Below, piece after piece: positions 18,038 to 30,552 of a stretch of 64,000 nucleotides of DNA. The notes beneath the pieces are model-generated. The model was not told where the DNA came from and did no database searches. It was given only the letters and a program-made list of their open reading frames with translations. Both the position numbers and the translations under genes were made by a program. This DNA is from Betaproteobacteria bacterium. GTDB lineage: Bacteria > Pseudomonadota > Gammaproteobacteria > Burkholderiales > SG8-39. The stretch is taken from positions 2,697 through 66,696 of the forward strand of contig SCTY01000004.1 of assembly GCA_004297625.1 (NCBI GenBank). The letters are read 5' to 3'. Position 1 is the first letter of the stretch, and each line of letters starts with the position of its first letter.

Positions 18038-18052
18038 CGGCGCCGTCCCTCC

Positions 18053-18218
18053 TCAGCTCATCCGTTGTCGAAGGAAGGCGATGCTCACGCGCACCTTGTT
18101 CGGCAGGAATGCGCGGGTCGGATAGAGGAGCCAAGCGGCGGTATCAAACGTCGTCGCGGCGACGTGGTCGAGGTCGAGATTGCCCCGATCCCGGTTCTGC
18201 GTAACACCAAAGGCTAGC
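18053..18218 (-). pseudogene. C-terminal remnant of a LysR-type regulator
   Basis: Minus-strand translation ..FDTAAWLLYPTRAFLPNKVRVSIAFLRQRMS* resembles LysR-family C-termini. It is bounded upstream by an in-frame TAG and has no N-terminal part. Confidence 0.4.
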
Positions 18219-18406
18219 TAGCTTTCTTTCGGGCGACACGCGAATATGACCCGCTTCCAAGAGCCTGTATCGGCTGGCAGTAACAGGTCGAGCCGGAGTG
18301 ATGTCAGGCGCTCAAGCAGAACCCGAATTTGGTTCGGGCGGCCAAGTCGGGGATGACGAAAAGGTAGGCGTTGAGGATAGACCGTGGAAGCGCTACGCCG
18401 CGGGCG

Positions 18407-18803
18407 TCACTCAGTCAGCGTCGCGATGATCGGGCAGGCAACTTTGCCGCGACGCACGCCACAGCGCGAAACGAGTTCCTTGAGAACGCCGCGCATTCGC
18501 TCGAGGTCCGCGATTCTGGCCTCGACCAGCGCGAGCTTCTCCGCGGCAAGTGAGCGCGCGGCTCCGCAGTTCTGCGGGTTCTCCAGGGCAAGTAGCCGCT
18601 GCACTTCGGCGAGCGAAAATCCGAGCTGCTGAGCACGCTTGATGAAACGCAACCGGGCCACGGACTCGCCGCCGTAGCGCCGCACGCCGCCCGCCGGCCG
18701 TGGCGGGTTCCGCCACCAGACCCAGGCGCTGGTAGAAGCGGATGGTTTCGACATTGACGCCGGCCGACTCGGCGATCCGGCCGATAGTGAGAGTTACGCT
18801 CAT
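18407..18803 (-). pseudogene. merR: merR (Hg(II)-responsive MerR regulator) interrupted by a +1 frameshift near 18701
   Basis: Frame A gives MSVTLTIGRIAESAGVNVETIRFYQRLGLVAEP.. and frame B gives ..RPAGGVRRYGGESVARLRFIKRAQQLGFSLAEV...RCGVRRGKVACPIIATLTE*. Removing one nucleotide (plus-strand T at ~18701) restores a canonical MerR. Confidence 0.8.
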
Positions 18804-18842
18804 GGGACGACCAATCCTCTGAAGAAAAATGAAAAAATGGGC

Positions 18843-18874
18843 TTGACTCCGTACACCACTACGGTGTTTAGAGT
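18843..18874 (+). promoter_or_regulatory. mer operator/promoter (merOP) with over-long spacer and dyad
   Basis: TTGACTccgtacaccactacggtgtTTAGAGT closely resembles Tn501 merOP (TTGACTccgtacatgagtacggaagTAAGGT). It has a 19-20 bp spacer and a CCGTA..TACGG dyad. Confidence 0.8.
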
Positions 18875-18905
18875 ACATCCCGTCGAAATCGTTGCGGAGA
18901 ACGAT

Positions 18906-19307
18906 ATGCAAGCGGTCAAGATCGGTTCGGCCGTCAACCTGGACATGCCGGCCAATACACACCTACTTGGCAAAGCGACGCTTGCGGGCGGGTTGATCGC
19001 GGCGATACTCGCGTCGGTCTGCTGTCTCGGGCCGCTGGTACTCGTGATGATCGGCGTAAGCGGAGCGTGGATCTCGAACCTCACATTGCTCGAACCGTAT
19101 CGCCCGGTGTTTCTTGGCATGGCGCTCGTCTTCATGGGGCTGGCATGGCGGCAAATCTACCGCGCACCCACCGCTGTCGAATGCGAATCCGGAACGCTTT
19201 GCGCGCTACCGCAGGTCAACCGCGTCTACCGGGTCATGTTCCGGGTGGTGTCGGCGCTGGTGCTGCTTGCCCTTGGATTCCCGCACCTCGCGCCGCTTTT
19301 TTACTAG
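18906..19307 (+). CDS. merT: mercuric ion transport protein MerT
   Basis: LAGGLIAAILASVCCLGPLVLVMIGVSGAWISNLTLLEPYRP...GTLCALPQV...LGFPHLAPLFY. I chose ATG 18906 because GGAGA lies 5 nt upstream. Confidence 0.9.
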   Translation: MQAVKIGSAVNLDMPANTHLLGKATLAGGLIAAILASVCCLGPLVLVMIGVSGAWISNLTLLEPYRPVFLGMALVFMGLAWRQIYRAPTAVECESGTLCALPQVNRVYRVMFRVVSALVLLALGFPHLAPLFY

Positions 19308-19318
19308 GAGACACGCCA

Positions 19319-21218
<1,900 letters not shown>

Positions 21219-21235
21219 GCGCTTCCGGAGCGCAA

Positions 21236-21670
21236 CTAGCGGGCGGGTGCTGGGCCGCGCGTGCCCCCAAGCTCAGGAAATGCCGCTTCGCCTGACGCCG
21301 GCATACCGCGCAACAGCGCGAGCCGGCGGCGCATCGCTTGGATCTCGACGGTCTGGCCGGCAATGATGTCCTCCGCCAGCCGCCGAGTGGCCGGATCGCG
21401 GCCGTGCACCAGCACCAACCGCGCCATTTCGACCGCGCCCTCATGGTGCGGAATCATCATCGCCAGGAAATCGATGTCCGGACTTCCCGTATAGCCCGGC
21501 GCATGCATGTCGCGCATCATCCGGTCCATGCCGGCGTTCATCTCGTCTGCGAAGCGGGCGAACTCCGCGCCGTGCCGTTGCAGCGCTGCGGGCGCGTGGC
21601 CGGCGTGCTGCGCGCCCGCGAGGGGCGCGAGCACGAGCCCGGCGAGAAGCAGCGCGCCGCGCGCGTTCAT
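21236..21670 (-). CDS. secreted DUF305 (ferritin-like four-helix) family protein
   Basis: Met at 21670 overlaps the upstream stop by 4 nt. Signal peptide MNARGALLLAGLVLAPLAGA. DIDFLAMMIPHHEGAVEMA is typical of DUF305. Confidence 0.8.
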   Translation of the reverse strand: MNARGALLLAGLVLAPLAGAQHAGHAPAALQRHGAEFARFADEMNAGMDRMMRDMHAPGYTGSPDIDFLAMMIPHHEGAVEMARLVLVHGRDPATRRLAEDIIAGQTVEIQAMRRRLALLRGMPASGEAAFPELGGTRGPAPAR

Positions 21671-23034
21671 GCGGTCTGCCCGCGGTAGCCAGGACGCACG
21701 TACACCAGGTTGATGCTTTTCTTGTTGCGCAGCTCGCCCGAGGGCAGCTTCAGGCTCCCCAGTGGAATCTGAGCGATAAACCGGGGGTTGAAGGGGTCGG
21801 ACACGTCGAACGCCGTGCACACGGTCTGTCCCGCGTTTGGCGTTCCGGGCAATTCGTCCTGCTCGTGCGCGACGTAGAGAAGGTCGTTCGCCGGGTTGGT
21901 CCAGATGCCGTGCGATTCCCGCCCGCGCGAAAAGAACGTTCCCACCACCTTGCGGCTGCCGGCCGGTGCGCTTCGGTCGATGATCGCGATCTGGCTCGCG
22001 GCGATGCCTCCCGGACCGCCGTCATCCACGCGCGCGAGGCTCGCATACACCACCCGACCTTTCGCGTTTTCGACGAACTCGACGTGATTCGGGCGCGCGA
22101 GGTTGCCCAGCGGAACAGCGTCGAGCAGCGCAAACGGCTCGGCTGTGGAGCGCCCGGACACGGCGTCGGCGAGCTTGTGGGAAAACCAAACTTCCTTCCC
22201 ATCCGGCGAGGTCTTCAGGAATGGCGTGAACCCGGGCTTGTCCTGGCCGGCAGTGTCGAGGGTGGCCAGCCGCTCCGGACGGGAGTATCCCTGCGTGTCC
22301 GGGTTGACGCGGAACACATCGACCTTCGAGACTTTCTGACTCGCGACGAACGCCAATGCGCCGTCGGCGCTGAACCAGACCTGCGCGGGGCCATTGATCG
22401 TTGCGACGAAACCGCGGATCGCGCCGGCTTCGCTCCCCGCCGCCTGCTTGATCGCCCGCTCCACCTCGAGGATCGCGATGCGGTCCTCGCCGCGCAAAGT
22501 GACCCACAACTCCTTGCCGTTTCTCGTGAAGGTCGGTTCGTGCGGCTCGCGACCGACCAGAATTCCAGAGGAAAGCCGCTCCGGGTTCGCGGCCGGGCTC
22601 GCGAACGGATTCGGCGTGTTTCCGATCACCTTCTTTCCGATGGCGTCGATCAGATAGACGTTGCTCGATCCGCGGCCGCTCGTGGCCAGCAACCGGCCGT
22701 CGGGCGATGGCACCGCGCCGTGCGCGTCAATGCAGCCGTGATACAGCGGCTTGTGGATCATCGCCGCATGCGCCGGCATCACCCCGCCGGTAACGAAGCG
22801 AAACGGCGGGCGCGGATCCTCATCGAAGCTGGTGAGATTGATCGTCGTCTCCACGGTGTTGGAGCGCGGATCGATGACGACCAATGTGTTGGAATCCTCG
22901 TTGGTGATGAAAACGCGGTCCCCCGCCTCGATGGAGGCGGCGCTCTGCGCCCGGGCCGGATTCGCGCCAGTCAATCCTGCCGCGACCGTCATCGCCATGG
23001 TCGTCTTGATGAAATCCCTGCGTTGCTCGTTCAT
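21667..23034 (-). CDS. Tat-exported beta-propeller repeat protein (YVTN-like)
   Basis: Met at 23034 overlaps the anti-sigma stop by 4 nt. Leader MNEQRRDFIKTTMAMTVAAGLTG. Repeated ..SPDG..L..T segments. The long upstream ORF extension is rejected. Confidence 0.7.
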   Translation of the reverse strand: MNEQRRDFIKTTMAMTVAAGLTGANPARAQSAASIEAGDRVFITNEDSNTLVVIDPRSNTVETTINLTSFDEDPRPPFRFVTGGVMPAHAAMIHKPLYHGCIDAHGAVPSPDGRLLATSGRGSSNVYLIDAIGKKVIGNTPNPFASPAANPERLSSGILVGREPHEPTFTRNGKELWVTLRGEDRIAILEVERAIKQAAGSEAGAIRGFVATINGPAQVWFSADGALAFVASQKVSKVDVFRVNPDTQGYSRPERLATLDTAGQDKPGFTPFLKTSPDGKEVWFSHKLADAVSGRSTAEPFALLDAVPLGNLARPNHVEFVENAKGRVVYASLARVDDGGPGGIAASQIAIIDRSAPAGSRKVVGTFFSRGRESHGIWTNPANDLLYVAHEQDELPGTPNAGQTVCTAFDVSDPFNPRFIAQIPLGSLKLPSGELRNKKSINLVYVRPGYRGQTA

Positions 23035-23876
23035 GGTTTGCTTTTCCCTTCGTGGACCTGTCGTTGATCGATGTCGGTTGGCGCCAGTTGGCGATAGACT
23101 TCCTGTGCCACGAGGTGCAGCACGTTCTTGCCGGCACCGGCCGAGATCGCATAACCGAAGCGCCCATCGACCCAGTAGAAGACGTTGACCGGCCCGTCCT
23201 GGGCGAAACGGAAGGCGGTATCTCCCGCGGCCGCCGCTTCCCGGGTCACGTACAGGGTCAGCCGCTGGCCGTAGGGATCGTGGTACATGAATTGCGCCAC
23301 GGGACCTTGCTCTCCGGGAAGCAGCCGTCCGCCGATCAACTCGTAGCCTACTCGGCCCAGATGCGGCGGCTTGAGCGGTGCGTTGAGCCGCTTGGATAGC
23401 CACGCCACCAGTTGATCTTCCTGATCGGCGCCAAGCTCGACCGGGCGGCGAACGTCTGGACTGTAGACAACATGTGCCACTGCGGCGCGGCGGGCAAACC
23501 CGGCCATGGACTGCATTTGATCCACGCCGACGCCTGCGAGCGGCTGCGGCGCCGGCTCATGCAACATTCCGCGCGAGAGCCAGCCTGCTGCGGCACTGAC
23601 GAAGGCAATGGACGCCGCCATGGCGAACTGACGCCAAGGGAGAACCCGCCTGCCCGGTGCGAGCGGCAGCCTGACGGGAATCGGCTCGTCCAGAACCGGA
23701 TCGAGCAGCGCACGAAGCGCTTGGTTATCCCGCACCCAGGCATCGACGCGCGCCCGCTCTTCCGGCCGGCCCGCCAGAAAAGCCTCGACCTGCGACCTGC
23801 GCGGCTCGGGCAGTTGCCCGTCCGCATAGGCATGCAGATCCGCTTCAGTCACCAGAATTTTGCCATTTTCGCTCAT
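23031..23876 (-). CDS. transmembrane anti-sigma factor (COG5662-like)
   Basis: LHAYADGQLPEPRRSQVEAFLAGRPEERARVDAW, a central TM helix (AMAASIAFVSAAAGWL), and a 4-nt overlap with the sigma gene. Confidence 0.8.
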   Translation of the reverse strand: MSENGKILVTEADLHAYADGQLPEPRRSQVEAFLAGRPEERARVDAWVRDNQALRALLDPVLDEPIPVRLPLAPGRRVLPWRQFAMAASIAFVSAAAGWLSRGMLHEPAPQPLAGVGVDQMQSMAGFARRAAVAHVVYSPDVRRPVELGADQEDQLVAWLSKRLNAPLKPPHLGRVGYELIGGRLLPGEQGPVAQFMYHDPYGQRLTLYVTREAAAAGDTAFRFAQDGPVNVFYWVDGRFGYAISAGAGKNVLHLVAQEVYRQLAPTDIDQRQVHEGKSKP

Positions 23877-24382
23877 TTCACCACCTTCAGCCTCGATACG
23901 GTCTCACTTGCCGTGAGAATCGCGCGCAGGCGCTCGCGGGCGCGAGAGAGGCGCGACATGACCGTGCCGAGCGGAATGTCGAGGGCGTTCGCGATCTGCT
24001 CATAGTTCATCCGCTCCACCGCAACCAGCAGCAGCACCGCGCGCTGATCTGCGGGCAGCCGTAACAGCGCATTGTCCAGATCGCGCACTTCCAGCATGTC
24101 GGTCTGAGTAGCGCGCACCGGGGCGTCGACCTCCTCCTCACCCATCGCCTCCACCGGGGAAGCACGCTGCGCGCGGAACCGATCGATAAACACATTGTGC
24201 AGGATGCTGAACAGCCACGCGCGCGGATCGTCGCGCCCCCGCCATAGCGCGATGCGGTTCCACGCGCGCTCCAACGTGTCCTGCACCAAGTCGTCGGCGG
24301 TATCCCTGCTGCCGGTGAGGCCGCGCGCATACCGCCGCAGGCTCGGTATGCACGCGACGATCTGGGCGGTTAGGTCCTGCAC
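23873..24382 (-). CDS. ECF RNA polymerase sigma factor (GTG start)
   Basis: LRRYARGLTGSRDTADDLVQDTLERAW and LPADQRAVLLLVAVERMNYEQIANALDIPLGTVMSRLSRARERL. Confidence 0.9.
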   Translation of the reverse strand: MQDLTAQIVACIPSLRRYARGLTGSRDTADDLVQDTLERAWNRIALWRGRDDPRAWLFSILHNVFIDRFRAQRASPVEAMGEEEVDAPVRATQTDMLEVRDLDNALLRLPADQRAVLLLVAVERMNYEQIANALDIPLGTVMSRLSRARERLRAILTASETVSRLKVVK

Positions 24383-24418
24383 GCCGGATTGATACCCTGG
24401 CGATTCGCCCGGTCGATA

Positions 24419-24847
24419 TCAGTAGCCGCTGACCATGAGCTTGGGGTCGATCTGCCAGGTTTCGCTCACCAGCTTGCCCTGACGATAGGTGAGGACGTAA
24501 CGAACCTTGATCGGCTGCTTGCCCTCGAACTGCACGTTCGCCGTTACCGTCGTGCCGCTCGGGTTGGCCGATTCCTCCAGCTTGTCCACGCTGACCTTGA
24601 GCGGGCCCTGCGCCTTGGCAAACTTCTCCCAGAGACCGCTGATGTTCGCTGCGCCCGTGTAGGTGCCATCCAACGGGCCGCCGATCCAGTTGAGCTGGGC
24701 GTTGTCGGCGTAGCCGCGTGCGAGCAGGGCGGTGTCACCGGAGCCGATCGCCTGGAAATGCAATTTGGCATCATCGGCGGCCTGGCCGGCGACGGCGCTG
24801 CCGGTGGCGGCGAAGAACAGCGATAGCGACAGAATAGTTCGTTTCAT
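24419..24847 (-). CDS. secreted NTF2/SnoaL-like fold protein
   Basis: Signal peptide MKRTILSLSLFFAATGSAVAG. About 120-aa mature domain with an NTF2-like pattern (family call is tentative). Confidence 0.5.
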   Translation of the reverse strand: MKRTILSLSLFFAATGSAVAGQAADDAKLHFQAIGSGDTALLARGYADNAQLNWIGGPLDGTYTGAANISGLWEKFAKAQGPLKVSVDKLEESANPSGTTVTANVQFEGKQPIKVRYVLTYRQGKLVSETWQIDPKLMVSGY

Positions 24848-24901
24848 CGGAGCGATCCTTTTCGGTTTGAGGTGTGTTAGTAAGTGGCCTTACACCCCAT
24901 A

Positions 24902-24927
24902 TACGAACGACACCCGGCGTCTATTCC
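24902..24927 (-). promoter_or_regulatory. candidate ECF-type promoter (GGAATA-N16-CGTA) heading the NTF2-like/sigma/anti-sigma/propeller/DUF305 operon
   Basis: The minus strand reads GGAATAgacgccgggtgtcgttCGTAtat, about 55 nt upstream of the 24847 start. Confidence 0.5.
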
Positions 24928-24986
24928 ACGAACGCGGCGAACGATGACGAAACTGCGAGCGCTGTACGCAAACGCCGGTTCAAACA

Positions 24987-25898
24987 TCAGTGCGCCGGAG
25001 CGACACCTGCCGGAAGGTTTGCGCGCATCGTCGCTGCCAGCGTGAGCAGCGTGCGCTCGGCGGAGGAGCGCTGCCGCCAGACCAAGCCGATTCGGCGCCG
25101 CGGTGCCGGGTTCCGGAACGGCCGGATCGCTACCGCGTTTCCGCGCACCCTGACCGAAGCTGCGTCCACCGCAAGCGCCGGCAGTAGTGTGCAGCCGACA
25201 CCCAGGCCGACCATCTGCCGCAGCGTTTCCAGGCCGGTCGCCTTGATCTCGTCGTTGTAGGCGGTCTTGCGTCCGCAAATATCGAGCGCCTGTTCGCGCA
25301 TGCAATGACCTTCCTCCAGCAGCAGTACACTTTGCTGCGAGAACTCACGCAGTTCGACTTGCTTGCCGCGCGCAAGCGCGTGCTCGCGCGGAAGCGCCGC
25401 GTAGAACGACTCGTCGAACAGCGGCTCGGCGCGCAGACCCTCGCGTTCCGGCGGCAACGCGATCAGCGCGGCGTCGAGCGCGCCCGACTCTAGTTTGGCG
25501 AGCAGTGCATCGGTGAACTCCTCGCGCAGCAGCAGCCTGAGCCCCGGGTGCGCGCGATGAATGGCGCCGAGGATCCGAGGCAAGAGGTAGGGTCCGACCG
25601 TGGGAATGACGCCGAGGCGCAGCGTGCGCGCCATCGGGTCCGCACCTTCGCGCGCGATCATCCGGATTCGATTCGATTCCTCGATCACGAGCCGGGCGCT
25701 TGCCACAACCCGCTCCCCAACCGGGGTAGGCGCGATGCGCCGCAGGCTGCGGTCGAACAGCGCGGCGCCGAGGTACTCCTCGAGCTTTTTCACCTGCTGG
25801 CTCAGCGTGGGCTGGCTGATGTGGCATTGCACGGCGGCGCGTTGGAAGCTGCCGGTGTCGGCCAGTGCGACGATGTAGCGCAGTTCCTGGAGGGTCAT
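24987..25898 (-). CDS. oxyR: LysR-family peroxide-sensing regulator OxyR
   Basis: MTLQELRYIVALADTGSFQRAA..., and LLLEEGHCMREQALDIC with the two redox Cys 9 residues apart. It is divergent from catalase/katG. Confidence 0.85.
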   Translation of the reverse strand: MTLQELRYIVALADTGSFQRAAVQCHISQPTLSQQVKKLEEYLGAALFDRSLRRIAPTPVGERVVASARLVIEESNRIRMIAREGADPMARTLRLGVIPTVGPYLLPRILGAIHRAHPGLRLLLREEFTDALLAKLESGALDAALIALPPEREGLRAEPLFDESFYAALPREHALARGKQVELREFSQQSVLLLEEGHCMREQALDICGRKTAYNDEIKATGLETLRQMVGLGVGCTLLPALAVDAASVRVRGNAVAIRPFRNPAPRRRIGLVWRQRSSAERTLLTLAATMRANLPAGVAPAH

Positions 25899-25923
25899 GG
25901 CGGGTCCTGTATTGGGATGATCA

Positions 25924-25960
25924 ATAGAATTATTCCATACAATCCATTGGATCTATAGAC
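25924..25960. promoter_or_regulatory. possible OxyR-binding region in AT-rich divergent promoter
   Basis: ATAGaattattCCATacaatccATTGgatCTATag is a partial match to the ATAG-N7-CTAT-N7-ATAG-N7-CTAT tetrad. The fourth element is out of register. Confidence 0.3.
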
Positions 25961-26027
25961 CACCTCTTGCTCCAATGCGGGTGTCCCGCAACGGCGGGAG
26001 CGATCCAACCCCGACAGGAGCCAGACC

Positions 26028-26246
26028 ATGAGCCAATGCCCCGTGATGACCACCGCGGCCGGAGTACCGGTGGCGGATAACCGGAATTCCCTCACCGCCG
26101 GGCCTCGCGGCCCGGTGCTGACGGACTATCAACTGATGGAGAAGATGGCGCATTTCAACCGCGAGCGCGTGCCCGAGCGCGTGGTGCATGCCAAGGGCGG
26201 GGGCGCTCACGGCACCTTCACGGTAACCGGCGACACCTTCAGGTAG
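26028..26246 (+). pseudogene. N-terminal 72-codon fragment of a monofunctional haem catalase
   Basis: [60 protein letters not shown] matches the conserved catalase N-terminus, then stops at an AT-rich junction. Confidence 0.85.
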
Positions 26247-26255
26247 TGAGATTGA

Positions 26256-28484
<2,229 letters not shown>

Positions 28485-28594
28485 TTTCAGAGGAAAGGTC
28501 CAAAAGATCCTATGCCGCCCAGCCGCGACCTGGCAGCGGGGTATGTCCGGCCAAGTCGAGGGCGAACGAACCCTGCAGAGCGCGGACGGCTGAT

Positions 28595-28747
28595 CGCCAT
28601 CTCGCCGGCGCGATGAAAGACGTGCCACGCGAAATCCATTTGCGCCAGATCGCGCACTTCCGCCACGCCGATCCGGAGTACGGTGCGGGCGTCGCGGCGG
28701 CCCTCGGCAGCAAGATGGCCGAGGCGCCCGGCATCAAGGCGGCATAG
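28595..28747 (+). pseudogene. C-terminal fragment of the same type of monofunctional catalase
   Basis: LAGAMKDVPREIHLRQIAHFRHADPEYGAGVAAALG matches the catalase C-terminal (immune-responsive) segment, cf. P. aeruginosa KatA ..QQRQIDLFTKVHPEYGAGVEKAI. Confidence 0.75.
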
Positions 28748-28759
28748 GGCGAGATCGCC

Positions 28760-29059
28760 ATGGCAACCGCAATCCTCCGCGCCGCGAACGAGGCCGCAAA
28801 GAGTGTTCCCGAGGCGCGCGACGCGACGCTCGCGTCCGGCTCGGTGGTCGCCATCGTCGCGGCCGGATTGCTGCTCCAGGACCTGGTTTCGTTCCATGCC
28901 GGCGCGCGCTCGTCGCTGAGCGAGCCAGTGCGCGCCGCGCTCGCGGGTTCCAGTCTTGCCGCAGTCGCGACTGTCCTTGGCGCGTTTCCGGCGCTGTTCC
29001 TCCGCCAGGTCTCGCAACGCACCGAGGACGTGATGCTAGAGCTGCTTACCGGGCAATAA
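28760..29059 (+). pseudogene. possible N-terminal fragment of a ZIP-family metal transporter
   Basis: ..SLAAVATVLGAFPALFLRQVSQRTEDVMLELL resembles the first TM region of proteobacterial ZIP proteins (..GTALGALLVLFVRRPSERLQDALLGFAAG). It stops after 99 codons. Confidence 0.35.
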
Positions 29060-29155
29060 CAGCCGGTCGCGACTACCACCTATTCGATCACCCGATCGGC
29101 GCCCATCAATGGACGGGCCGGTTGGTGAGAGGCTCCTGTGTGCCGCGGCTGGAAG

Positions 29156-29797
29156 CTACCAGCGCAACAAGCGCGGGCCGAGCAATGCGCCGAACGCGCT
29201 CGGAATCAGCATTCCGAGCAGATACCAAAAGCCGAGAAACGGGGCCTCCAGTTCGGGACAATGCAGACAATACACGAGTGCACCGATTGCTCCGGAAAGG
29301 AACCCCGCGGCCGTGCCTGCGAGCCGCAATCGTGTCGGGGCAAGCCCCCTCATCGCCCACACCACCGCGACAAACACTGGTGCCGAAAGCATAGCAACCA
29401 GGTACGGGCAGGACTCCCACGTTTCGCCGAAAAACAGCGATACACGCTGCGCCTGATCCGCTCGTAGCAACACGAATGCGCCAAGTGTCCACATGCCAAG
29501 CACCGGCGCCGCCAGCGCGCCCGGTACCCCAGCAATTCGCTGACCGGGCCGCGAAAGGCGCAATACCGCGAACAAGCTTGCCATTGCCAGGCCGATCACA
29601 AACGCTATCTTGACCCAGAACATCGGCAGCAGTACCGCAACCGCAAGGTCGCGCCGCACGCCGAGCAGGATTCCCAGCAGCAGCACCGCACCGAGCGCGC
29701 CCCAACCGATGGCACTCGCGTAGCGGCGAGCGGCTACGTTTGGCTCCACAGCAGGAGCGCCGGTCGCAAGCATGGTCACTAAGTCGTCAGTTCTCAT
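29156..29797 (-). CDS. nrsF: NrsF-family (DUF1109) membrane anti-sigma factor
   Basis: [19 protein letters not shown]..., six predicted TM helices, and a 4-nt overlap with the upstream ECF sigma gene. Confidence 0.8.
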   Translation of the reverse strand: MRTDDLVTMLATGAPAVEPNVAARRYASAIGWGALGAVLLLGILLGVRRDLAVAVLLPMFWVKIAFVIGLAMASLFAVLRLSRPGQRIAGVPGALAAPVLGMWTLGAFVLLRADQAQRVSLFFGETWESCPYLVAMLSAPVFVAVVWAMRGLAPTRLRLAGTAAGFLSGAIGALVYCLHCPELEAPFLGFWYLLGMLIPSAFGALLGPRLLRW

Positions 29798-30366
29798 GCG
29801 TCGCCCCTGATCATCTCCGCGAGCGCCTTTAGCCCCCGGTGCACCCCCACCTTTACCGCGGACTCCGACATTCCCGTGGCTCGCGCAGCCTCCGTCACCG
29901 TTAAACCCTCCAGCTTCGTATGGACGATGGGCAGGCGCTGTCGGTCAGGTAACCGTTTCAGCAGCTCACCGAGATCGCGGCGTGCCTCGGCGGCCTCGTT
30001 ATCCGAGAACGACAAGAAGTCGGTCTCGTCATCCAGCGGATCTGTGAGCAGATCGCGCCTTGTTCGCCGGCGCAGCAAATCGACCAACTTGTACTTTGCA
30101 ATTGCTTGGACCCACGCCGTCAAGGGCTGTCCCACGTCATAAGTATGACGCTGGTTGTGTATCGCTAACAGCGATTCCTGCACAAGATCCTCCACCTCTT
30201 CCGGCAGACGCGCGAGCCGTTTCCGCAGGAACGCCCTCAAGTGCGCGCTCAGTTCCTTCAAGAACATGTGGTACGCCGGTGCGTCACCAGCGAGGCCGTG
30301 AATCAGCAACTTCTTGAGTCGCTCCTCGCTCGTCGTGACGCGACCTATCTCTTCCATTCGTTGCAT
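29794..30366 (-). CDS. sigF: ECF sigma factor, SigF-type (partner of NrsF); start codon uncertain
   Basis: [32 protein letters not shown].., [61 protein letters not shown]. Confidence 0.85.
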   Translation of the reverse strand: MQRMEEIGRVTTSEERLKKLLIHGLAGDAPAYHMFLKELSAHLRAFLRKRLARLPEEVEDLVQESLLAIHNQRHTYDVGQPLTAWVQAIAKYKLVDLLRRRTRRDLLTDPLDDETDFLSFSDNEAAEARRDLGELLKRLPDRQRLPIVHTKLEGLTVTEAARATGMSESAVKVGVHRGLKALAEMIRGDA

Positions 30367-30382
30367 TCGAGCCTTTGGTTAC
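30357..30382 (-). promoter_or_regulatory. candidate SigF-type promoter GTAACC-N16-CGAA (overlaps the annotated sigF ATG)
   Basis: The minus strand reads GTAACCaaaggctcgaatgcaaCGAAtgg. Confidence 0.45.
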
Positions 30383-30445
30383 AGCCACGCAGACAAATAC
30401 GCGTTCCGGTCGATCCGACACTGGCTACGAATTGTGCCCGAGGGC

Positions 30446-30471
30446 GTAACTATTCGCCGCTTCCCGACGAA
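30446..30471 (+). promoter_or_regulatory. candidate SigF-type promoter GTAACT-N16-CGAA for the DUF1223/cyt b/Mo-oxidoreductase/MxKDx operon
   Basis: GTAACTattcgccgcttcccgaCGAAtta, about 80 nt upstream of the 30553 ATG. Confidence 0.55.
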
Positions 30472-30552
30472 TTACCACTCAGACCGCGGCCAGTGCATCC
30501 ATTTGCGATCGCTTGGGCGGCTTGTTCACATACATGGAAAGGTGCTTTGCTC

